NCBI GenBank assembly: GCA_045613905.1
Contig: JAZLBW010000021.1
Location: 20,316-84,315, forward strand
Direction of reading: 5' to 3'
Source of the DNA: Candidatus Caccoplasma sp.
Lineage (GTDB): Bacteria > Bacteroidota > Bacteroidia > Bacteroidales > G3-4614
DNA length: 64,000 bases
Shown here piece after piece: positions 1 to 9,489 of the stretch. Position 1 is the first letter of the stretch. Every line of letters begins with the position of its first letter. The notes beneath the pieces are model-generated. The model made no database searches. It was not told where the DNA came from and saw nothing but the letters and a program-made list of their open reading frames with translations. A program made the translations under genes and the position numbers.

Positions 1-863
1 TTTACAGAGTTTTCCAAACTTACTATTTCATAGTTTGGCGAAGGTTTTGCATAACTTTCTGCGTAGCTTTTTAGCTCAACTGTTTCTAATTGATTTATTA
101 CTATCTCCTCCTTTGTTATTTTTGCGTTTGAGGGGTTGATATAGAATTCGACCTCAGCTGTTCCATATTTTTCTTCAACTAAGATTTCATCATTTAATAT
201 TACTATGCTTGTGGGATAATTTAAGGCTTGACCAAAGTTATATTGTTTGCCGCTTGACATGGTTATGCTTACCATTCCTCTTTCACTATCTTCCACAATT
301 GAACTTATTTGATTGTCGGGATTTGTACTATAAGGAGTTGGCAATATTGTTAAAGGATTGTTTTTGTCTTCAAGATAGGTTATTATCTCGTACTTGCCTT
401 CGCTATTGACTTGCACATCTACCGAAACACCATTGGCTCCATCTATACCCTTTGCGGATATTGTATTGCCATCAGCATCTTTTATTGGGCTATATGTTTG
501 TCCTTTGTCATATGATACAATCCAATTGCAATTGTTGTCTATTTTTACATATGGAGTTACTCCGTCAATGCCATTCTTTCCGTCGGCTCCATTGGTTCCG
601 TTTTGTATAGTAATAGCTGTGTCGTCAGAGAATGTAATTTTCCAGCCTTCTACTTCTGTTGTAATAGGCTCTACTCCTGTTATTATTTTACCTCCTTCAT
701 ACGCCTCTTTTAGTTTATCAACTGAAGTTTTAAGGCTTGAGACATCCTCCTTTAGCTTGTCAATTTCCGAACCATAATCTTCGACACATGATACGGTTAT
801 TGCAATAAGTATTGTTGTGAGCATTATAGATAATGCTCTTTTTGTAAAAAATATTGTTTTCAT
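1..863 (-). CDS. Surface lipoprotein, DUF4988-like (N-terminal part only; C-terminus runs off the window start)
   Basis: ATG at 861-863 on the minus strand opens a frame with no stop down to position 1, so it is absent from the supplied ORF track. N-terminus MKTIFFTKRALSIMLTTILIAITVSC is a signal peptide plus lipobox Cys. It is followed by a coiled-coil stretch (IDKLKEDVSSLKTSVDKLKEAYE) and a Gly-x-y-like run, NGTNGADGKNGIDGVTPY. Track ORFs 209-409 and 394-777 (+) are antisense shadows of this gene. Confidence 0.6.
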   Translation of the reverse strand, partial: MKTIFFTKRALSIMLTTILIAITVSCVEDYGSEIDKLKEDVSSLKTSVDKLKEAYEGGKIITGVEPITTEVEGWKITFSDDTAITIQNGTNGADGKNGIDGVTPYVKIDNNCNWIVSYDKGQTYSPIKDADGNTISAKGIDGANGVSVDVQVNSEGKYEIITYLEDKNNPLTILPTPYSTNPDNQISSIVEDSERGMVSITMSSGKQYNFGQALNYPTSIVILNDEILVEEKYGTAEVEFYINPSNAKITKEEIVINQLETVELKSYAESYAKPSPNYEIVSLENSV

Positions 864-1037
864 TGTTTTTATTCGGATTTTAAGTGATTATAAAAATATT
901 TTTCCAAATATTTTTTACGATGTGCGTATAAAATACGCTAATTTATCATAGGCAATTTTTGTTTTAAATTAATAATGTGTTTTCAAATTCAAAGGTATTA
1001 AAAAGACCTGTAATAACAAACTTTTGATTTGTATATA

Positions 1038-1221
1038 AGAAACTGTTTAAATTTTATTGAAAAATATTTTTATCATTACGAAGTCGGTTTCTTTGAGCCT
1101 ATTTTAGGATCTTTTATTTATTGCCTTTTGTAAATAGCCCGCTATTCCCAGCAAAATGCGAAAGAAAACCTGCTCAAAAATAGCTCTCAAATAATTCCGA
1201 AATAAAATTTAAACAGCTTCT
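1038..1221. repeat. 184-bp segment bounded by 21/22-bp inverted repeats (inverton- or MITE-like)
   Basis: AGAAACTGTTTAAATTTTATT (1038-1058) is the reverse complement of AATAAAATTTAAACAGCTTCT (1201-1221) with one mismatch. The interior also pairs imperfectly (TTGAGC/GCTCAA and others). It contains CAAAAATA at 1175-1182, which is TATTTTTG (TAnnTTTG) on the minus strand, pointing toward the lipoprotein gene. Confidence 0.55.
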
Positions 1222-1231
1222 AAAATCTTCT

Positions 1232-1267
1232 AAAACTAATAGAAGGAGCATCAACGATGCTCCTTCT
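1232..1267 (-). terminator. Intrinsic terminator downstream of lon
   Basis: Stem AGAAGGAGCATC (1241-1252) / GATGCTCCTTCT (1256-1267) with a 3-nt loop, followed on the minus strand by a T-rich tail (ATTAGTTTTA). Confidence 0.55.
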
Positions 1268-1303
1268 ATTTCTCTAACAACTAAAAGCTAAAAACTAACA
1301 ACT

Positions 1304-3775
1304 TTATTGCAATGGAGCTTGCGCCTGTGTTGTTTGCGTGCTATAGTTTAGAACAAGGGGACGATTAACTTTTTTTTCTGTTAAAGCAATATCCAATACT
1401 TCCGAAATATTATTCACGTAATGGAATGTCAATCCTTTAAGGTATTCAGGTTGAATTTCGTTAATATCCTTTTTGTTTTGCTCACAAAGAATAATCTCTT
1501 TTATACCAGCACGTTTAGCTGCAAGAATTTTCTCTTTTATTCCGCCAACAGGCAATACGCGTCCGCGAAGAGTAATCTCTCCTGTCATTGCAAGATTTGC
1601 TTTCACCTTGCGTTGAGTGAATGACGAAGCAATTGAGGTTATCATTGTTATACCTGCCGATGGTCCATCTTTAGGTATTGCACCCTCTGGAACGTGAATA
1701 TGCAAGTTCCATTTCTCAAACACATCTTCGTCAATGCCTAACTCTTCGGCATGCGATTTAATATATTGCAACGCTATTACAGCAGACTCTTTCATTACAT
1801 CGCCGAGGTTTCCTGTAAGAGTAAGTTTTTCTCCTTTACCTTTGCATAGGCTCGACTCAATAAACAAAATCTCTCCACCAACAGCAGTCCATGCCAAACC
1901 TGTAACAACACCTGCATACTCGTTCCCTTCGTATATCTCTTTTGAGTACTCTTTTTCGCCAAGCAACTCTTTGAGGTCTGCAACAGATATTGTTTTGTTG
2001 TATTCCTCTTCAGCTCCTTTCTTGCGAGCAATACGACGCATTATCTTGGCAATCTTCTTATCCAACTCTCTCACTCCCGATTCGCGTGTGTAGCCCTCAA
2101 CAATAGCCTCCATTGTCTTTTTGGGAATAGAAACATCTCCTTTTTGCAGACCATGTTCTGATAATTGTTTTGGAACAAGGTGGCGACGTCCAATCTCAAC
2201 TTTCTCTTCCATTATGTAGCCCGAAACATCTATCAGCTCCATACGGTCGAGCAGGGGACGGCTTATAGAACCAAGGTTATTTGCTGTTGCAATAAACAAC
2301 ACTTTTGATAGGTCGTAATCAACGTCAAGGTAGTTGTCGTGGAATGCACTGTTTTGTTCAGGATCCAATGCCTCCAAAAGTGCAGCGGCAGGGTCTCCCT
2401 TGTAATCGTTTCCAACTTTGTCAATCTCGTCCAAAACAAATACGGGATTTGAACTTTTAGCCTTTTGAAGGCCTTGAATAATACGTCCGGGCATAGCACC
2501 TATATATGTACGACGGTGTCCTCTGATTTCTGCCTCATCGTGCAAACCACCAAACGAAACTCTTACATATTTACGGTTCAATGCCTCGGCAATCGAACGA
2601 CCCAAAGATGTTTTACCAACTCCCGGAGGCCCATACAAGCAGAGAATTGGCGATTTCATATCGCCTCGCAATTTAAGTACAGCAAGGTGTTCGATAATAC
2701 GGTCTTTAACCTTCTCTAATCCAAAATGGTCTTTATCCAACTGTTTTTTTGCATTATCAAGGTTGAAGTTATCTTTTGTATATTCGCCCCAAGGCAAATC
2801 AAGGAAATTCTCAACGTAGTTGTATTGTACAGAGTAGTCCGGAGATTGAGGGTGAAAGCGTTGAAGCTTTTTAATCTCTTTGTCAAAAATTGCACGTACC
2901 TCTTTGCTCCATTTCTTTTTGTCGGCTCTCTCCAATAGTTCATCAATGTCGCTATCCGATGTATCACCAAGCTCCTCTTGAATAGTTTTTATTTGTTGTT
3001 GCAAGAAGTGTTCGCGTTGTTGTTGTGAGATGTATTGATGAGTTTTGTTGTGAATATCTTTTTTTATTTCCATCAACTGCAACTCTTTCCCAAGTTCCGA
3101 ATAAAGAAGGAAACCTCTCTCTTTAACAGAACTTTCAGCCAATAGCGACTCTTTGCGTTTTGTATCAAATGGAATGTTTGTACATAGGAAGTTTATTAGC
3201 AAACCATTGCTTCCGTCTATATTTCTTAACGAACTCAATAGTTCACGCGAAGGTTCTCCCAAATATTTAAGATATTCGCTTGTTGTATCTTTTATGGCAT
3301 TAATAAGAACCTTAAACTCTTTGTCGCGTTTGTTTACTGCCAATTCGTCCAAGAGAGCAACCTCTCCTTTCAAGTATGGGTTGTTTTGTGTAATGTTCAA
3401 CAAGGTGAATCGTTGTTTCCCTTGAAGAATTACCGAGGTGTTACCGTCAGGTAGTTGAAAAACCTTGATAATCTCAGCAATAACACCAATAGTGTATATG
3501 TCGTTAATGCCCGGCTCTTCAATACTTGGATTTTTTTGGCACGTAACTCCAATATGTTTTTTATTGGCAAAAGCCTCGTCTATTAGGGCAAGAGACGATT
3601 TTCTGCCAACAAGAATAGGCATTGTAACGCCTGGGAACAAAACCATATCTCTTAATGGGAGAATAGGGAGATCCTCTGTCTGTACGTCAGAACATGTCAT
3701 GTCAGGATTACCATCTACGTCAACAATAATGGGAACAAATGACATTTCGTCTTTATTATTTGAAAAATTACTCAT
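1304..3775 (-). CDS. lon: ATP-dependent endopeptidase Lon (LonA type)
   Basis: 823-aa ORF with an N-terminal Lon substrate-binding domain, Walker [13 protein letters not shown]+ core, and a C-terminal protease domain with PKDGPSAG (catalytic Ser) and [14 protein letters not shown] (Lys). Confidence 0.96.
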   Translation of the reverse strand: MSNFSNNKDEMSFVPIIVDVDGNPDMTCSDVQTEDLPILPLRDMVLFPGVTMPILVGRKSSLALIDEAFANKKHIGVTCQKNPSIEEPGINDIYTIGVIAEIIKVFQLPDGNTSVILQGKQRFTLLNITQNNPYLKGEVALLDELAVNKRDKEFKVLINAIKDTTSEYLKYLGEPSRELLSSLRNIDGSNGLLINFLCTNIPFDTKRKESLLAESSVKERGFLLYSELGKELQLMEIKKDIHNKTHQYISQQQREHFLQQQIKTIQEELGDTSDSDIDELLERADKKKWSKEVRAIFDKEIKKLQRFHPQSPDYSVQYNYVENFLDLPWGEYTKDNFNLDNAKKQLDKDHFGLEKVKDRIIEHLAVLKLRGDMKSPILCLYGPPGVGKTSLGRSIAEALNRKYVRVSFGGLHDEAEIRGHRRTYIGAMPGRIIQGLQKAKSSNPVFVLDEIDKVGNDYKGDPAAALLEALDPEQNSAFHDNYLDVDYDLSKVLFIATANNLGSISRPLLDRMELIDVSGYIMEEKVEIGRRHLVPKQLSEHGLQKGDVSIPKKTMEAIVEGYTRESGVRELDKKIAKIMRRIARKKGAEEEYNKTISVADLKELLGEKEYSKEIYEGNEYAGVVTGLAWTAVGGEILFIESSLCKGKGEKLTLTGNLGDVMKESAVIALQYIKSHAEELGIDEDVFEKWNLHIHVPEGAIPKDGPSAGITMITSIASSFTQRKVKANLAMTGEITLRGRVLPVGGIKEKILAAKRAGIKEIILCEQNKKDINEIQPEYLKGLTFHYVNNISEVLDIALTEKKVNRPLVLNYSTQTTQAQAPLQ

Positions 3776-3915
3776 AATCTACAATCTCTTATTGTGTCAA
3801 ATTGTCATATATGTCATTTTAACTCCATAAAAATCACAGAGTCAAAGACCTCACTATATAGTGCAATAGTTGTGCCAAAATATGTTATTATTGTGGCGTA
3901 AATTAAAAAATAGAG

Positions 3916-3923
3916 TAAATTTG
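3916..3923 (+). promoter_or_regulatory. Bacteroidota -7 promoter box (TAaaTTTG) for the tRNA methyltransferase gene
   Basis: TAAATTTG matches TAnnTTTG and lies 28 nt upstream of the ATG at 3951. It sits inside the longer track ORF, which argues for the 3951 start. Confidence 0.4.
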
Positions 3924-3950
3924 CACTTGTGTTCAACCATTGATATAGCT

Positions 3951-4652
3951 ATGTTCAGATTTAAGTATTTTACAATAGACGACCAGAACTCCGCAATGAA
4001 AGTAGGAACTGACGGAGTTCTGCTTGGCGCGTGGGCTGCAATGCCAAGAAACGAAGGAACTTTGCTGGATATAGGTTGTGGTTCGGGTATATTATCATTG
4101 ATAATGGCGCAACGTTCAAACGGAAAGTTGAATATTGATGCTATTGATATTGATGAGGGAGCAGTAAGTGATTCAAAAAATAATTTTGCTTCATCTCGGT
4201 GGGATAAGTCATTAAATGCCATTTGTGGAAATTTTGTCAGTTTTTCTAAAGATTGCGATAAAAGCTATGACATGGTAATATCGAATCCTCCTTTTTTTAT
4301 GGAAGAAACTCTATCGCCTGATTCAAAGCGAGCATCGGCTCGTAATACATCATCGTTGAATTTTAATAGTCTGTTTGAAGGAGTAAAAGAGATAATAACT
4401 CCCCAAGGATTGTTCTCTATGATTACCCCGGCAGACACATACTCATTTCTTGCACAAACAGCCCTTATGCAAGGTTTTTATCTTCGCCGATTAACATGGG
4501 TTGTAACTATTGAAGGAACCGAACCTAAACGAGTACTGACAGAGTGGGGTAGAAAACAAATACAATACACGATAGATACTTTGGTGGTAACCACACAAGA
4601 CGGTTTTTACACACCCCAATATAGAGAGCTAACAAAAGAGTTCTACTTATAA
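3951..4652 (+). CDS. trmN6: tRNA1(Val) (adenine(37)-N6)-methyltransferase (YfiC/TrmN6 family)
   Basis: SAM-binding motif LDIGCGSGILSL and the N6-adenine methyltransferase motif SNPPFF. Start trimmed from the track ORF (3870) to the ATG at 3951 (MFRFKYFTIDD). Confidence 0.75.
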   Translation: MFRFKYFTIDDQNSAMKVGTDGVLLGAWAAMPRNEGTLLDIGCGSGILSLIMAQRSNGKLNIDAIDIDEGAVSDSKNNFASSRWDKSLNAICGNFVSFSKDCDKSYDMVISNPPFFMEETLSPDSKRASARNTSSLNFNSLFEGVKEIITPQGLFSMITPADTYSFLAQTALMQGFYLRRLTWVVTIEGTEPKRVLTEWGRKQIQYTIDTLVVTTQDGFYTPQYRELTKEFYL

Positions 4653-4655
4653 GAT

Positions 4656-4698
4656 AAGAGAGGCTGCTTCATAAATTGAAACAGCCTCTCTGGGTTTT
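4656..4698. terminator. Bidirectional terminator between trmN6 and maeB
   Basis: Stem AAGAGAGGCTG (4656-4666) / CAGCCTCTCT (4682-4691), followed by GGGTTTT. It lies between convergent genes. Confidence 0.65.
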
Positions 4699-4713
4699 AT
4701 GAACTTTTCAGAA

Positions 4714-6996
4714 TTATTTGTTATGCAATTTCTCATCTACAATAGCATCAATAACAGCTACGGTTGTAAGGTTGACGATGTCGCGAGGAGAACTTTCAAT
4801 ATCTGTAAAGTGGATAGGTTTGTTCAATCCCATTTGAATTGGACCAACGCTCTCGTTAACACCCATCTCTAAAAGAAGTTTGTATGCACTGTTTGCAGCA
4901 CTCAAGTTGGGGAAAATAAGAGTGTTGACATCTTTACCGTTTAGTTTGGTGAATGGGAAAGTACTGTCGCGTAATCTCTTATCCATTGCAAAGTTAAGTT
5001 GCATTTCACCATCAACAACAATGTCGGGATATTGAGAGTGTAGTTTTTGTACTGCGCTGTGTACTTGAGCAGGACTTCCTTGATTGTCTGAACCAAAGTT
5101 TGAGTATGAAATCATAGCCATTACAGGGTCTTGAGCAAAGAAGTTTACTGTGTGCACAGAAAGTCTTGCAATATCTACCAATGTCTCATCATCAGGTTTG
5201 CGGTTAACCAAAGTGTCAGCAAGGTAGAAAGTTCCTTTTTTAGTTGAAACAATGTGCATTGCACCAAAGTGTTTGTACTCCGGACGAATACCGATAACAT
5301 CTTTTGCAATTTGTATAGCTTCGTTATAGTTGGTGTATGTTCCTGTGATAAATGCATCAGCATCTCCGCACTCAACCATCATCATACCAAAGTATGAGCG
5401 GTCGAACATCTTTTCGTATGCCTCGGCAAATGTAACACCTTGACGTTGACGTTTCTCTGCCAATATACCTGCATATTTGCAACGTCTGTCAGCCTCTCTG
5501 TCGTGGCGAAGGTTTACGATTTCAATATCTGCAAGGTCAAGGTTGTTGCGTTCTGCAGTTTTAGCAATCATCTCCTCGTTACCCAATAGAATAGGAGTAC
5601 AAATTCCCTCTTTGTAAGCAGTAACGGCTGCAGTAAGCATGTTAACGTGGTTAGCCTCGGCAAATACAACGCGTTTTGGGTTGGCTTTTGCAGTCTCTGT
5701 TAATTGACGAACCAATTTGTTGTCGTATCCCATTCTTGCTCTCAAACCGTTTTTGTATGCATTCCAATCTGTGATTGGTTTAGCTGCAATACCTGTCTCC
5801 ATAGCTGCTTTTGCAACGGCAGGAGCAACGCGAGTCAATAGGCGTGGATCAAGAGCTTTTGGTATAATATATTCAGGGCCAAAGCTTATTTTGTTAATAT
5901 TGTATGCCGCGTTAACAACATCGGGAACGCGCTCTTTTGCAAGGGCAGCAATTGCATATACTGCGGCAAGTTTCATCTCCTCGTTGATTGCCGATGCGTG
6001 TACGTCCAATGCTCCACGGAATATGTATGGGAATCCCAATACGTTATTGATTTGGTTAGGATAGTCCGAACGTCCTGTTGCAAAGATGAGGTCAGGGCGA
6101 GACTCTTTTGCTTTGTCGTAAGCAATCTCAGGATTTGGATTTGCCAACGCAAAAACAATAGGTTTGTCATTCATCGAACGAATCATCTCTTGAGTAAGAA
6201 CGTCGGCTCTTGAAAGACCCAAGAATACGTCAGCACCAACCATTGCCTCTTCCAAAGTGTTTATTTCGCGAGTTGTCATAAACTCTTGTTTTTGAGGAGT
6301 AAGGTCTTGACGTTTGTTGTTGATGACACCTTTACTGTCAACCATTACAATATTCTCGCGTCTGATACCGAGACTCATATAAAGTCTTGTACATGAAGTG
6401 GCTGATGCACCCGCTCCATTTACGACCAAACGAACGTCTTCAATTTTTTTACCTTGAAGCTCCAATGCATTAATCAAACCTGCACCTGAAATAATAGCTG
6501 TACCATGTTGGTCGTCGTGCATAACAGGAATATTCAATTCTGCTTTAAGTCTATCCTCTATAATAAAGCACTCGGGAGCTTTAATATCCTCAAGATTAAT
6601 ACCTCCGAAAGTAGGAGATATGGCCTTTACTGCTTGAATGAATTTTTCGGGGTCTTTTTCGTCAACCTCAATATCAAATACATCAACGTCAGCAAATATT
6701 TTAAACAACAAACCTTTTCCCTCCATAACAGGTTTTCCTGCAAGTGCGCCTATATCTCCCAATCCTAATACCGCAGTACCGTTTGAGATAACTGCAACAA
6801 GGTTTCCCTTTGCAGTATATTCATAAGCATCTTGAGGATTTTTTTCAATCTCTAAACATGGCTCTGCAACACCGGGTGAGTATGCAAGAGATAGGTCAGT
6901 TTGCGTACTATAAGGTTTTGTTGGTATAACTTCAATTTTTCCGGGCTTGCCACTACGGTGATATTCAAGTGCAGCCTCTTTAGTAATTTTTGACAT
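4714..6996 (-). CDS. maeB: NADP-dependent malic enzyme (malic enzyme plus C-terminal phosphotransacetylase-like domain)
   Basis: 760-aa ORF with an N-terminal malic enzyme and NAD(P)-binding domains (VVNGAGASA) and a ~330-aa PTA-like C-terminal domain, the typical MaeB architecture. Confidence 0.93.
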   Translation of the reverse strand: MSKITKEAALEYHRSGKPGKIEVIPTKPYSTQTDLSLAYSPGVAEPCLEIEKNPQDAYEYTAKGNLVAVISNGTAVLGLGDIGALAGKPVMEGKGLLFKIFADVDVFDIEVDEKDPEKFIQAVKAISPTFGGINLEDIKAPECFIIEDRLKAELNIPVMHDDQHGTAIISGAGLINALELQGKKIEDVRLVVNGAGASATSCTRLYMSLGIRRENIVMVDSKGVINNKRQDLTPQKQEFMTTREINTLEEAMVGADVFLGLSRADVLTQEMIRSMNDKPIVFALANPNPEIAYDKAKESRPDLIFATGRSDYPNQINNVLGFPYIFRGALDVHASAINEEMKLAAVYAIAALAKERVPDVVNAAYNINKISFGPEYIIPKALDPRLLTRVAPAVAKAAMETGIAAKPITDWNAYKNGLRARMGYDNKLVRQLTETAKANPKRVVFAEANHVNMLTAAVTAYKEGICTPILLGNEEMIAKTAERNNLDLADIEIVNLRHDREADRRCKYAGILAEKRQRQGVTFAEAYEKMFDRSYFGMMMVECGDADAFITGTYTNYNEAIQIAKDVIGIRPEYKHFGAMHIVSTKKGTFYLADTLVNRKPDDETLVDIARLSVHTVNFFAQDPVMAMISYSNFGSDNQGSPAQVHSAVQKLHSQYPDIVVDGEMQLNFAMDKRLRDSTFPFTKLNGKDVNTLIFPNLSAANSAYKLLLEMGVNESVGPIQMGLNKPIHFTDIESSPRDIVNLTTVAVIDAIVDEKLHNK

Positions 6997-7202
6997 AATC
7001 TAATTAATTTATTCTTATTAATTACAAATTATTACTTCTTTTGTTTTGTGCCTTATACTTATTAAGCAAAAGGTGTAGTAATATAAAAATCTCAATTTGA
7101 AGATGCAAAAGTAATAAAATATTTATTTAACCCTAAATTTATAGGCCTATAATTTTATAAAAATAACCCTTTTTATATGTTAAGGTGTGATATTTAAATA
7201 AT

Positions 7203-7239
7203 TACCTCGCTAAAATAATTGCATATTTTTAGCGAGGTA
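7203..7239 (-). terminator. Terminator hairpin downstream of nadE
   Basis: TACCTCGCTAAAA (7203-7215) pairs with TTTTAGCGAGGTA (7227-7239), flanked by A/T-rich sequence. Confidence 0.5.
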
Positions 7240-7331
7240 TGTATAAATAATGTATATATGCTTTTAATTTATGAATAAATACCGTATAATATTATGTAAA
7301 TTATTCTTATTTGAGCTTTAAAAATAAAGAA

Positions 7332-9197
7332 TTATAACTTTTCGCACTCACTCAACCATACGGTCGCCGACATATCGCTTGGCATTACAAGTCCGCCTCG
7401 CGGAGATAGTGAAATAATTCCTACGGCAGGGCCGTCGTTTAAGCATGAACGTTTAAACTGTTGTTGAAAGAAACGTCTCATAAATGTGGTAAGCCATTTC
7501 TTTATGCACTCGCTATCGTATTTTCCTTCAAAAGCATTTTTTGCCAAGAAGAATATTTTAGATACAGAGAATCCATATCGAAGGAAGTTGTATAGGAAAA
7601 AGTCATGCAACTCGTAAGGGCCGACAATGTCTTCGGTCTTTTGTTTGATATTACCGTTTTCGTCGGCAGGTGTCAGCTCCGGAGAAATAGGGGTGTTTAC
7701 CACATCAAGAAGTGTTGAGCGAATTTCTCCTTCGTTGCGTAGAGCAACCCATGCCACCATATATTTTGCCAACGTTTTTGGAATAGAACCATTTACATTG
7801 TACATAGAGATATGATCACCGTTGTATGTAGCCCAACCTAAGGCAAGCTCGCTCATATCGCCTGTACCCAAATGTAAAGCTCCTGTTTTATTTGCATAGT
7901 CCATTAAAATTTGAGTACGCTCGCGAGCTTGAGAGTTTTCAAATGTTATGTCGTGCGTGTCAATATTGTGTTCAATATCTTTGAAATGTTGAATACATGC
8001 ATCTTTTATTGAAATCTCTTTGAATGTTGCTCCCAAACTGTTAATCATATTTACAGCGTTTGTATATGTTCGGTCAGTGGTTCCAAAACCTGGCATTGTA
8101 ATGGCTGTTATTCCGCTTCTGTCAAGTCCCATTTTATCAAAAGCATTAACGGCAACAAGTAGGGCAAGGGTAGAGTCCAATCCTCCCGAAATACCAATTA
8201 CTGCTTTTTTTGAATTGGTATGCTCCATTCTTCTTATAAGTGCTGCTGTTTGGATGTTGAAAATCTCTTCACATCTCTCCGAAAGAGCATCCTTATCCAT
8301 TGGGATAAATGGAGTGGGGTTGATTTTTCTGCTTAAGTTAAATTCTTTGTCTCCACTTATGTAAAATTCAAATGTTTTATCGTCGAAAGAGTAATTGTTT
8401 GAAATTTTACTTCTCTCATATTTGATAACATCTGAGTCAATTTCGCAAATAATAAGAGAGTCTGTTTTTGCAAATCTTTCTCCTTCTGCTAAAATATCCC
8501 CGTTTTCGGCAATAATAGTCCCTCCTGCGTATGCAAAATCGGTTGATGATTCACCTTTTCCTGCTGATGCAAAAACAATTGCGGAATTGTAGTTTAGAGA
8601 GAAATTTTTTATGTTCTCTTTTGTGTTTTTGTATTGTCCGATCAGCTCCGGCGATACGTATGGTATTGCAATAATTTCTGAGTCGTATTCGCCTCTTACT
8701 ATATCGTTGCCCATGGCAATGGAAAGAGTAATCTCCTGGGAAGACAAAACAGCTTTATCTTTTACATCTACAGTTTGTCCGCATAGGGTGGTAGTTGTGT
8801 CAACTTCTCGTCCCGAGGTAAACCATCTTGATTCTTGATTGGTTAAGTCTCTTTTGGGAGTTATACATAAAATTTTGCCATATTGGCATGCTACCGAACA
8901 ATTGTATATTTTACCTTTTACAACAACGGGGAGTCCGACAATGATTAGAGCTTTTATCTCTTTTGTTTCATCTATAATCTTTTTAAGACTTGCTCTTGCG
9001 GCAGATAACAGAGAATTTTTTGCGAACATGTCTCCGCACGAAGCAGACGTAATTGAAAGTTCCGGGAATACTACAATTTTTGCGCCTTGTTCATTGGCTC
9101 TCTTAATCACTTTTATTATCCTGTCTGAATTGTATTCTGTATCAGCCACCTTTAAAAGAGGTGTTGACGCAGCAACTTTAATAAAACCGTAGTTCAT
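7332..9197 (-). CDS. nadE: Glutamine-dependent NAD+ synthetase
   Basis: N-terminal carbon-nitrogen hydrolase domain plus a C-terminal NAD synthetase domain with the PP-loop GISGGLDS. The ATG at 9195-9197 (MNYGFIKVAA) is preferred over the track's TTG start at 9215. Confidence 0.9.
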   Translation of the reverse strand: MNYGFIKVAASTPLLKVADTEYNSDRIIKVIKRANEQGAKIVVFPELSITSASCGDMFAKNSLLSAARASLKKIIDETKEIKALIIVGLPVVVKGKIYNCSVACQYGKILCITPKRDLTNQESRWFTSGREVDTTTTLCGQTVDVKDKAVLSSQEITLSIAMGNDIVRGEYDSEIIAIPYVSPELIGQYKNTKENIKNFSLNYNSAIVFASAGKGESSTDFAYAGGTIIAENGDILAEGERFAKTDSLIICEIDSDVIKYERSKISNNYSFDDKTFEFYISGDKEFNLSRKINPTPFIPMDKDALSERCEEIFNIQTAALIRRMEHTNSKKAVIGISGGLDSTLALLVAVNAFDKMGLDRSGITAITMPGFGTTDRTYTNAVNMINSLGATFKEISIKDACIQHFKDIEHNIDTHDITFENSQARERTQILMDYANKTGALHLGTGDMSELALGWATYNGDHISMYNVNGSIPKTLAKYMVAWVALRNEGEIRSTLLDVVNTPISPELTPADENGNIKQKTEDIVGPYELHDFFLYNFLRYGFSVSKIFFLAKNAFEGKYDSECIKKWLTTFMRRFFQQQFKRSCLNDGPAVGIISLSPRGGLVMPSDMSATVWLSECEKL

Positions 9198-9489
9198 ATT
9201 AATTAAAATTTGCAATAATTATGCATCAGTGGCTGTTTTTGTATAAAAATAATGAATGATGCATAAATTTTAATTTAAAACAAAAATGCACTTAAATGCT
9301 TTCACAAAGATATTAAATATACTTATTATATAATAATTGTGTACCCAAAAATTTTTTCATTTGATATAATTAATGTATTTTTGTACTTTAAACATAAGTA
9401 AAAAATCTTATAAAAGATTTAAAAAAGAGAGTTTTTTTGTATATAAAACAAGAGTGTAATAGTGGAGTTTGAACTTTAAATCTGAGAAA

